Notes under the pieces: model-generated
Databases searched by the model: none
Seen by the model: only the letters and a program-made list of their open reading frames with translations
What the model was told of the DNA's origin: nothing
Translations under genes and position numbers: made by a program
Part shown: positions 12,426 through 22,704 of the stretch, piece by piece
Layout of the letters: each line of letters opens with the position of its first letter
How positions within the stretch are numbered: the stretch's first letter is position 1
NCBI RefSeq assembly: GCF_041146345.1
Contig: NW_027191413.1
Coordinates: 1,054,001 to 1,118,000, forward strand
Source of the DNA: Neodothiora populina
Lineage: Eukaryota
Length of the DNA: 64,000 nt
Direction: 5' to 3'

Positions 12426-13021
12426 ATGCCGCCAATCCGCAGCGCAAAGAACCGCAAGCCCCCACCCGACGGCTTCGAGGACATCGAAGACACCCTGCTA
12501 GAATTCAGCAACAAGATGAAAGACGCCGAGAACGCATCGCACGAGGGCCGCAAGAAACACGAGATGCTGTGGCCTGTGTTCCAGATTACACATCAGCGTA
12601 TGTTTTTTTTCTGCTCTTCAATCAAGAGACTTTCCAGAGAAAGAAAACCAAAGGAAAAAGTGCTGAGCTGACACGGTTTACACATATGCAGGCTCTAAAT
12701 ACATCTATGATCTGTACTACGAAAAAGAAGCCATCGACCGCAAACTCTACGACTGGCTGCTGAAGAACGGATACGCCGACGCGAACCTCATCGCCAAATG
12801 GAAGAAGCAGGGTTACGAGAAGGTGAGTCGGCACTCGACTGACAGGAAAAACTCATGCTGACCGTTGTTGCCACCAGCTATGTTGTCTGCGCTGCATCCA
12901 GACAAAAGAGACGAACTTCAACAGCACCTGCATCTGTCGCGTGCCCAAAAACACTCTCAAGGAGGAGCATACTGTCCAGTGCGTCAGCTGTGGATGCAGA
13001 GGATGTGCGTCTAGTGATTGA
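12426..13021 (+). CDS. BUD31: Spliceosome factor Bud31/Cwc14 (G10 family); 3 exons
   Basis: [79 protein letters not shown]. Confidence 0.97.
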
Positions 13022-13592
13022 GCCATAAGACTTGACTCGGCGACTATAAGAAAAGAAACAAGGAAAGAAGAGAGGGACAATCGTGTCATATACCCAACAA
13101 AGTGCCGAACATGGGGAAATCCTCCTGATTATACCACGGCCTCGGAGAGCCAGCATGGAACGATACCCCAACATACACTACTCCAGTCCACAGCCGGCCG
13201 GCCGGCCGACGCATACTCCGTTCCGAGGCATGTCTTTACGCCTCCCATCTACGCTTGCAGGAACAACGCGACACACCCTCGCAGCACGTCAAGCGCCAAC
13301 GTCCCGCAGAGAGCATCCGAGATGGAAGAAGATTCACCACCGACTAGAAGCGCTTGGAACAAGAGAGTGGCTGCTGCTGAAGCGGCATCATTCGGAGGGC
13401 ATCGAGCATCGTTGGATGAAGACTGCTGATCGAAAAAGAAGAACATCTAGTAGACACGGTGGTTTTGCTACCGGCATTCTGAGCGCTCGAGAACAGCGAA
13501 GAAAGAAGGTCTGGTTCTCATCGAGCCATAATCATCAATAGTCGATGGCGGGGCACCGAGTCGAACGCAGGAAGGTTACTGCAACAAAAGAC

Positions 13593-14750
13593 TCACGAAT
13601 AAGGATCACAGCCAGACTCCAAAGGCCACTGCCCAAACTCAAGTCCCAGCGCCCTACCCTTCCCGTCGAACCTGACCCCTTCCGACCTCAAAAGCTCCAT
13701 TTTCTCCCGAGCATGTTTCCCCTCTATGCCCCACTCACCCCCGAACCCCCCTATCTTGCCACCAGTGGCCAGCACCCGATGACAGGGAACCAGAGGCGCA
13801 AAGGGATTGTTCCGCAGCGCATTCCCCACCGCGCGCGCAGAACACTCGTACGTGAACCTGTCTATATACTTTTTACGTTCTGCGGCTGTCGCGCCAGGTC
13901 CTGGATCCCGGGGCCGATTAAAGTGCCCGAGTGCGGTGATGTAGTCTGATATCCCAGCATACGTAGTCCAGCGCCCGCGCGGCACGTCGCAGAGGATCTT
14001 GAGTACTTTCCGCCGGAATGCGGTCAGGGGAATCGAGGTGCTGGCCAGGAGGTCGCGCGGGTTTTGGTCGGAGATGAAGGTCGCTACTTGGGCTGCGGTG
14101 GGGGATTGGTCGGCGAGAATCGGGGGTGAGGACTTTTGTTTCTTCGTCGGCTTTGGGGAGGTCTCCGGTGACGATGGAGGAATGTCTTCGGACGACTTGG
14201 GCCGCTGGGTTGTCTGCGTCTTCTGCTTCTTTTGCGGTGAGGGCAGAAAGTACTTGGATATCGTGCCGTTGAGCTGTACTTGGCCGCGAGTCCGTTTCCT
14301 CTTGTCGCTGCTGCTGCTGGTCTTCATCTCACCATCTCTTCCCTTCGCTTCCTCCTCCTCCTCATCCTTGGACGTTTCCCCTGCTTCCTTCTTCTGCTTC
14401 CCGCTTTTCCCCCTCAACATCAAACTCCTCTCATCCAACCCTACCAACCCGACTTGCCCCTCCGCAATCTTCTCCCCCAACGCAACAGCAGCCTCCAACT
14501 GCTCCCTCGTCATGTTCTTCCACGCAGGAGCCCTGACGACTTCCGTCCACGGCCTCGTCTCGCCGACGGCATTGTCGAGGATTATCCGCGCGAAGCAGTG
14601 GTCGTTGTGGACCGGCCACTTGGGTTGCGCGGGGTCTTTGCTCCGGGCCAGGTGGGGGAGGCGTTGGGTATAGAGGATTTTCCAGTAGGATTGGAGGTCT
14701 TGTAGGCGGTCTGATAATGGTGGAGGTGAGGGTTTGGCTTTGCGGGGCAT
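13593..14750 (-). CDS. O6-methylguanine-DNA methyltransferase (MGMT/AGT) C-terminal domain fused to an uncharacterised N-terminal 'DHCF' domain
   Basis: C-terminus has TAFRRKV...VPRGRWTTY...SARAVGNALRNNPFAPLVPCHRV...IGGFGG...KMELLRSEGV, including the catalytic PCHR motif. The likely start is ATG 14750 (MPRK); the ORF-track start upstream lies in low-complexity sequence. Confidence 0.88.
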   Translation of the reverse strand: MPRKAKPSPPPLSDRLQDLQSYWKILYTQRLPHLARSKDPAQPKWPVHNDHCFARIILDNAVGETRPWTEVVRAPAWKNMTREQLEAAVALGEKIAEGQVGLVGLDERSLMLRGKSGKQKKEAGETSKDEEEEEAKGRDGEMKTSSSSDKRKRTRGQVQLNGTISKYFLPSPQKKQKTQTTQRPKSSEDIPPSSPETSPKPTKKQKSSPPILADQSPTAAQVATFISDQNPRDLLASTSIPLTAFRRKVLKILCDVPRGRWTTYAGISDYITALGHFNRPRDPGPGATAAERKKYIDRFTYECSARAVGNALRNNPFAPLVPCHRVLATGGKIGGFGGEWGIEGKHAREKMELLRSEGVRFDGKGRALGLEFGQWPLESGCDPYS

Positions 14751-15082
14751 TTTTTTTGAGAGAGAGAGAGAGGAGAAGAAGAGGGAATTTGGTCTTTGAT
14801 TGGGTCTCTTGTCTTTTGATAGATCGAGTGTATATGTAGGGAACAGGACAGACAAGGAGAGGAAGATCGGAAGAACGACAAAATTAAGGCAATAGGAAAA
14901 AATTAATGGTAAATGGAAGATAAATGGAGACGATCTATCTCCAAGTCTTCACTGTACCTGTCCAGCTAGCCACTGCTTACTGCGAGATGCAAGTCTTGTC
15001 TATATGTCTTTAGTGCTTTGTCGTTACAAGCAACCGTTCATTGTAGGTAAAGAGGATCAACATGTTCAGTATCTGGTGCGAA

Positions 15083-15139
15083 ACGCGTGAAACAAAACGC
15101 GACTGAGGTGGTCGACGTGTTGGTCAGGAGGTGACGTCA
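15083..15139. promoter_or_regulatory. MCB-like boxes (ACGCGT 15083, ACGCGA 15097) and CRE (TGACGTCA 15132) upstream of the MGMT gene
   Basis: Motifs seen ~330-390 bp upstream of a DNA-repair gene; function inferred. Confidence 0.4.
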
Positions 15140-15561
15140 GAGGCTCGCTCGCGGGGTTCTTGGAGTGTCTGACTTGACAGGCGGGGTGAAAACGACTATC
15201 TCATGTTGCTACCATTAGATATCAATCAACAGCATTCGTCTCATGAGGGAAAACTGTATCGTCAGAAGTCACGCAGTAACCCTGATTTATTGCTGGTCCA
15301 TCAGTTAGCAATGATCCCAGTGTATCTGGCGAAATATTACACAGTTCATATGCGACGAGTCAAGCATTGTTTCACATTTTCCAGTAGAGAGAAATAATGT
15401 TTCGGGATGGATATAGCCACACAGCGAAAAGGATTGTATTTAGTCTCAAGGAACCCTCATAAGAGTCCCGAACTAGTTATATGTCGGTGTTCAAAGCATG
15501 GCAGTCGTTCAGTTCACTCACAGGCGTATCTATCCCTAGATATATCACGGCTTCAGAGAAT

Positions 15562-17521
15562 CTAGGCGGCAGCACCAATTGCCTGTGCAACCTCCTTTCT
15601 CTCGGCTTCGAGGATGTGCTCAAGAACATTGACCGCGCTGCCGGTCTTCATGTCGCGAGTGACGTCCTCGAGACCGAGCTGGGCATCGGTCCAGAGAGGC
15701 TTGTTGTGCTCAGACACTGGCTCGCCAACGCCCAAGAAGCCGCCCTCGGTGGCCCAGTCAGAAGTGCGCTTGATGTTGAGTTCAGTAAAGACGTCATCAA
15801 GAGCAGCGACGAGGTGATCGCGATACTCGCGAACGTGACCAGGGGTGGGAGTGATGCGGAGACGCTCCTGACCGACAGGAACAGTGGGATAATTGATGGC
15901 CTGGACGTAAATGTTGTGCTTCTGGAGGAGCAAGTCCGACGCCTTCTTGGCGACTTCGGCGTTTCCGACCAGAACAGGAATGATGTGAGAAGGGTTAGGG
16001 ATGACAGGAATGTGCTTTGCGCTCAACGCATTCTTGGTGGCGCGCGTGTGCAGCTGCTGCAGACGGCGGTCGCCTTGGTAGGACATTTGATATTCAATGG
16101 CGGCCTGGGCACCAGCCATGGTCGCGGGAGGAAGAGAAGTAGTAAAGATAAAACCAGGGGCCAGAGAACGAATGGTATCGACAAGCTTGGCGGAACCAGC
16201 AATGTAACCGCCTACGACTCCGTAAGCCTTGCCGAGAGTACCAGTGATGATGTCGATGCGGTCCATTATAGTGCCCTCAGGACGACCATTCTTGTGTGCT
16301 TCAAAGTCAAGGTGCTCTGCAACACCGGCGCCAGTCGGTCCGTACATGCCTACTGCATGGACTTCATCGAGGAAAGTGATGGCGCCGTACTTGTCGGCCA
16401 AGTCACAGATCTCCTCGATGGGACCAATGGAGCCGCACATGCTGTACACACTCTCGAAGGCAATGATTTTGGGGACATTGGGAGGAAGAGAGGCGAGTTT
16501 GGCTTCCAGGTCTGCCACATCGTTGTGCTTGAACACCATCTTCTTGGCTCCAGAGTGGCGAATACCCTGGATCATGGAAGCGTGATTGCTGCTGTCAGAC
16601 AGGATCACGCAATTGGGCAATTTGCTGCCGAGTGTCGCCAGTGTTGCATCATTTGCGACGTAGCAGGAGGAAAAGACGAGGGCAGCCTCTTTGGCGTGCA
16701 ACTGGGCGATGGTGTTCTCCAGCCCCACAGCATGCTGATTGTGGCCGGAGATGTTCCTAGTGCCTCCTGCGCCAGCACCGTACATGTCGAGAGTCTCGTG
16801 CATCTTCTTGAGGACATGAGGGTTGCGACCCATACCAAGGTAATCGTTGGCGCACCAGACCGTCACCTTCTCCTCAGCGGTGGCCATGTGCGCACGAGGG
16901 AATTCTTGGGCAAGGCGGTTGATGTTGTTGAAGTAGCGGTACGACTTGTCCGCGTGCTTCTTGTCCAGCTCGGCCTGGTAGAATCCATCATAATCGAACT
17001 TGGGCACTTGGGGAGCGGCGGGCGGATTGCCGTGCATGGGAGTGGGAGTCACATGGCGTCCTTGTACCGCAGCAGCCGATGCAGGGGCGGACGGAGCAGC
17101 TTTGTGAGGGTAGCGCGCTGTAGAAAACAATGTCAGTGGTGTTCGGTGGCGATGTCGTCATTTTGAGTAAACATGAAGAAAACGCACATTCACGACGCAA
17201 TGGACCAGAATCGACAGCCTGCGCCTCGTTGGGTCTGGTGGTGTGAAGTCTGGCCCTGGGGACTTTGCTGTGGTAAGCGCGACTGCCACCAAAGGCACCG
17301 GAGAGAGCAGCATTGCCACTTCTGGCGCTCTGGACAGCCAGTGCCTTGCTCATGATGGGGCAACGGCGGGCGACGACCTGCAGGTTGCTCATCGTGCCTC
17401 CACACGGACCGACCTGGGCCTGTTGGACGCTGGTGCTGGTGGACAGCGAGCGAAGGGTGGCGGGCGATGTCTTGTGCAAGAACGGGCACATCGAGCGCGA
17501 TTGGCGGAGGAGGGCCTCCAT
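15562..17521 (-). CDS. HEM1: Mitochondrial 5-aminolevulinate synthase; intron 17118-17187
   Basis: MCPFL/RRCPIM presequence; [51 protein letters not shown] (PLP lysine). Confidence 0.97.
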
Positions 17522-18945
17522 GTTGATTGTGGGTTGTGTGGATGGAGACAGAAGCGGAGAGGGGACGAGGATTGGATGTGTGTGGGTTGTGGAAGTCAGG
17601 AAACAAGCAGGAAAGAAAGAAGATGAATAACGATTGATGGCAGTTCAATTCGGCCTGAAATTCGCTGCGAAGGCGATTCAGGCCAATCCCGAGCAGCTCG
17701 CACTAAACCCCAAGTGGGGATGACTCTTGACCTCGGGCTCTCTTCTGATTGGTTGTATCTCATCTGGAACGTAAACGTCTGCCCTTTTCGAACATTCGAT
17801 TGTCCCGGCATTCCTTTCTTGTTCCTGGGTCTATACCGCGCCACGTGCATCTATCGACTGCAATATCTTTCTCGCCTCATTTCATTATGAAGCTGTGAAG
17901 CATGCATCCACATCTGCGCACTCTGAACATATCTTACGACCTCACCTGAGGATGACCAACAGGTTGGAATTGCGCCGAGTCGAGGTCGGAGACGTTCCAT
18001 TTCCTCGGACGATGCTCGCTGATCGGCACTTTTCCGCTCGTCCTCTTTCCCAAGCGGGCGAGGCTGGCCTTGTCTTTGACTTTTGAGCGCGTCTAGGGCC
18101 TGGACGACTTCGGGGCTGCCGCCACTGATCTGCTCTCGAGCTTACTCTATCTATCGACACTCGATTGATTTCCCCGCAGTCCCTGTTGACGCTTGTGTGC
18201 TTTGTTTCAATGTACCTGGATGATGCTGTGCTGTTTATCCTCGAGGTCCGAGGCATATCTGTTTACACTTTGCATCATTGAGCTGGCGATCCTACCACGT
18301 CTGACTTTTCAATGTCATGCTTTCTCTGCTGTCCTATAGTGGAAGAATAGTGTCAAGTTACAGGCGGGTGAAAGGCGTCAGATCGTCAGAGAGGCTGCGA
18401 CTGAAGCTGCAAGTGCCCGCACATTGATCTCTGTCTCACTCTTGATTGACAGGGCATGAGACTTAAGACTGTCGTTCAATCAGGGGCAGTTTGAGAGCGG
18501 CCTACTGTAACTGTCAACCGCCGTGCCTCTCACCGTCCAATTGGCAGGTAATTTGAAGTCTGTTTACAACAAACAGAGGTTTCCACAGGCTTCAACGAAT
18601 CGATGTCCTGCACAGCATGAGCCATTGCTGCTCATCTCACAATCCCTACTCCATATGTGATATTCTTTTTAGACAAACGGAGCCATTGCATGCTCTGCAA
18701 CCAGAGTGCGCCAAACTGTGCAGAGGAGAGCCTGATGAATAAGGTCTGGGACTAGCGTAAGGACAACGACTAGATTGTACTGTATCTCCTCCACAACAAC
18801 GCCCCTCCACCGACATACTGTACACTCGATAGGCATTTGTGGTTATCATTCTGCTGATTCGTCCTAAGTTGCATTGTACTATTCGCTCTCTGAACCTTGT
18901 CAATTCTTGTAGAGTGTCCTTGTAGATTCAGCAAAGCAAACAAAA

Positions 18946-19933
18946 ATGTCACAACAAATCAAAAACGTCATGCTCATAGGGGTGAGGACAACACCGGACT
19001 TGCATCCGTTCCCACCCATCTCGTTAGCACAATGCTGACGAAGTCACTCGACAGGCCAGTGGCCTTCTTGGCTCGCATGTCTTCGAAGCTCTGCAATCAG
19101 AAGCTTCATTCCACCTCTCAGTCCTCGCCCGCAAATCCTCCAAAGCTACATTCCCATCGCACATCAAAGTATATCGAATCGACGACGACAGCCCACTAGC
19201 CCAGCTCGTCGACGCCTTCAAGGGCCAAGATGCTCTCGTCTCGACGCTCCCTGGCCGTCCATACGAAGTCCACATGCGCATGATCGACGCCGCAGTACAA
19301 GCGGGCGTGAAGCGCTTCATTCCCTCAGAGTATGGCAATAACACGTGCAACGCAGCTAGTGAGCTTGTACCGCTTTACGGTGACAAAGCAAAGGTATTGG
19401 CTCATTTGAAAAGTCAAGAGTCTACGGGTTTGACCTGGACCGCGATTCAAAATGGACAGTTCTTTGACTGGGGCCTGGACACTGGATGGCTGAGCTATGA
19501 TTTGAAGTCCAAAAAGGCTTTGATCTTCGACTCTGGAAAGACGAAGTGGTCTACTACCACGATTGGTACTGTCGCTGCTGCTGTTGTAAAAGTGCTGCTG
19601 AAACCGGAGGAGACGAAGAATAGACCTGTTCATATAGCTTCTTTCACCGTGTCACAACAGCAAGTTCTTGACGCATTAGAGAAAGCAAGCGGAGCTTCTT
19701 GGACCACAGATACCATCGCATCTGACGCCGCAATGAAAATGGGGCAGGAAATCGACCGAAACGGAGACTCAGAAGGCCTCAGGTTGTCAGTCTTACTATT
19801 GATGTATGCGGACGACGCAGACCGAGGGGGTAACTTCGAGGAGACCTTCTCGCTGGACAATGAAATGCTCGGCCTGCCTGTCGAGCATTTGTCCCTTGTC
19901 GTCGAGCGGATAGTCAAACAGCAGCAGGCTTGA
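18946..19933 (+). CDS. NmrA-like / isoflavone-reductase-like NAD(P)-binding oxidoreductase; intron 18982-19054
   Basis: Spliced MSQQIKNVMLIGASGLLGSHV (Rossmann GxxGxxG), AFKGQDALVS, IDAAVQAGVKRFIPSEYG, WTAIQNGQFFDW. Confidence 0.9.
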
Positions 19934-20253
19934 CAATAGCGAATGTCAAATCTTCTCTAGTATCAGGTGTGAGCCAGAATCGATCGAGTTTGAGAAGAGC
20001 TATAGGTTCTACTGCGACGCCAATAGGCAACTGCTTATCTCGTCAAGGGACATTATGTAGCTTAACTTTGGTATAAGCACATACGGCCACAGGCAGCTGA
20101 GAACTGGGCATCCCGTCCGCTCTGCCATACATAAGCAGTTGACCGGCTGATTAGTACTACGGTGGGTGACCACGTGGGAATCCCAGCTGCTGTATGTTCT
20201 CTTTTTTTTGTTATATCCATGATGATGTCTGTACTTGTTGCATTACATGTGAC

Positions 20254-22704
20254 TCAGGGATATCCTCCATATTTCCGCTTCCAATCATTAACATCCTGAT
20301 AATACCGAGCGAGAGGGTTCATCTGGATGTTTTTAGAGGCCAATTGTGGCACGTATTTTGGATAGGTTGACGGACGTGGTATATTTCGATAGCCTCCACC
20401 CCCTCCCCCTGTCGCACCATTACTTCTCGCACCTCCTGAGCTGCTCCCGCCATTCATGGGATTGAGATGATTGTGATAACTGCGACTGTTCCCACTATTG
20501 ATGTTGTTGTTGTTGTTGCTGCCCTTCGCCACCTGCAACTGGTGTGCGAGACTCTGAATCCTATCGTCCTTGCTAGCACTGGCAAGCCCCAAGCGCTGTA
20601 CTTGGTCTGCAAGACTGTCAATCCTTTGGTTAGCAGATGCGTTCGACGCATGCTGTTGTCTTCTGAAGTTCTCGTCGAGCTGCCTAGCGAGTGCATCTTT
20701 TTCCCTGAAACTGTTGGCCTCGAGGTTCTTCTGCAAGTTGTTCTTCTGCTGTTCATACTGCTTGGCGAGATCCATCTGCGTTGTAAAGTTCTTGTCTTGG
20801 ATGCGTTTCAGTTCTTCCTCGCATGACTTTACTCGGGAAGCAGCCTGCTTGTTGGACTCCCTCGTATTAGCCTCATGGGTCTTCTGCACATCTTTCAGCT
20901 TCTTTTCGTAAGCACGACTATCGTCGGCACGAGCACGAGCTTCTTCCTCTCGCTTTCTGCTTATCTCGTGCAGTCTGTGTTCATGCAACAATCTAGTCTC
21001 TTCCTCGGATGCACGCATCTTTTCGAGAATCTTGTTGTATTCCTGCGTTATTTCGTGTCTGGCGGACTCGGTACCTGCATCGAGTCAGTAAAGAAATCCT
21101 CTTCTGATCTAGGCTGGTACATACTTGTTTCCATCATTCTGAGAAGCTCTTCAAGCTCCTCTTGGTGTTTCTTCATCATTTTTTGAATCTCTTCATCAAT
21201 GTACGACCCAGCTGCGGTGTCTCCCAATGCCTTGCCATCATCTACCAGCTCCTTTTGGATATCGAGAGTGACTGTATCACGCCGCATAAGGTCGTGAATC
21301 AGATCTAGGGCTGATTCGCGACTGTTGTAGTATCTGCGTACTTGTGAGCCTTTGTCTATCATCCTTTTCCAAAAATCTTGAATAAGCTGCTCCTCGCGCA
21401 TCTCGAAAGTCTTGATGTCCTCGACCGTCTTTCCTGTATCCCACATAGTTGTCGCCAGGATAACGTTGCTCAATCCACCTTCTCCACAAAGTTTTCGGAA
21501 CAACTCTATGTTCCTGAGCGAAGGTCCATCGACTCTGTTGTAATAGATTTGGTGTAGGTAAATTATATCAGATAGGTGAGCCTCTCCACGATAAGATCTC
21601 TCCATCCATTGAGCAATCATCCTCAAGACGTCGGTGTCGCTCACGTTCGTGTCGGCAAACCCTGGCGTGTCGACGAGCGAGACACACCGGCCGTCGACAG
21701 TCACGGAGCCTTCGTTCCCTTCACTAGTTTCTGCAGCAAGACGAAGTCGCCATCTGAACCTCTTACAGTTTTAGATGTTCTACTTACCTGATTGTAGCCC
21801 GTGTCCAGTGCCGATGTCAGTACCAGCCACAGTCGAAATGAATCTGCTTTTTCCAGATCCAGTCATTCCGCATACGGCAATTATCGCAGGTCTATCAGGG
21901 CCATCTGATCTTCTTGTCCTAGAGACTCTCGCTGTAGACCTTCCCCTGTGGACTTGAGTCTCGACGGTGTGATCTGATCCTGGACGTGGGTTCCTTTGTT
22001 CTTTCCAGACGACCATCGCGTGCTTGATAGCTTCCCTAGCAGCCTCTTCCAATGGTAAGGCGGGGTTCACTCTAGCTAGAGCCGTCGGAGTAGATAGAGC
22101 CACAGAAGATGTAGAACCATTGTTCAGCATACGCATGTTCCTCCTTAGTTCCTTGAGCATGTTCTCCAGAGACTTGATGCTCTCGACGATTTTGGAACTG
22201 GACTCTTCGACATAGTTTGGGATTTCGCAGGTTGCTAGACTGTAATCACTTAGTCAAAAACACAAACTCTCAGGAGAACACTAACAGTGTGATGATTTCA
22301 AATCCTATATGGGCTGCTAATTTCCGTTCGACTAGTTGTTGCTTTAACCTAAGTCTATCTTCACCTTTCATCGTTGCATGTGCGAAGCGCATGATACGCG
22401 TTCCACTGCTTTTGGAAGTCTTGATTGACTCTTCCAGCTGCTTCAGAAATTGGTCGCAGTCCCGGAAGTTAGCTACGAGACCGGCAACGATGTTATCAGC
22501 GCTGGCCTGGGAAATCATGTCTTTGATAGACTGAATTGTCAAAGCGTCCTTGACCTGTTCGGTGATAGCTTTCAAGGATGATAGATCTTCCTCGCAGCCT
22601 GCCAACATCTTATCATTGTTTCTGGCAGCTTTTATGAGATTCCCGAGGTTGGGCACAATGTCAAATACAGTATTTGCGAGCATAGATAGAGTAACCGGCT
22701 CCAT
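20254..22704 (-). CDS. 765-aa protein: HeLo-like/STAND-type N-terminal helical domain + AIG1/GIMAP-like P-loop GTPase + coiled coil + N/G-rich tail; exons 22704-22286, 22239-21788, 21730-21125, 21074-20254
   Basis: Three GT-AG introns join four ORF-track fragments into one 2298-nt open frame. G1 IIAVCGMTGSGKSRFI, G3 LVDTPGFADT, IIYLHQI, G4-like NVILATTMWD. Confidence 0.8.

Noticed and set aside
13083..13541. 152-aa ORF between BUD31 and the MGMT gene
   Set aside because: Non-ATG start, lies in the 3' regions of convergent genes, no recognisable motif; at most a relic.
15481..17166. 561-aa plus-strand ORF
   Set aside because: Antisense shadow of the codon-biased HEM1 gene; no independent motifs.
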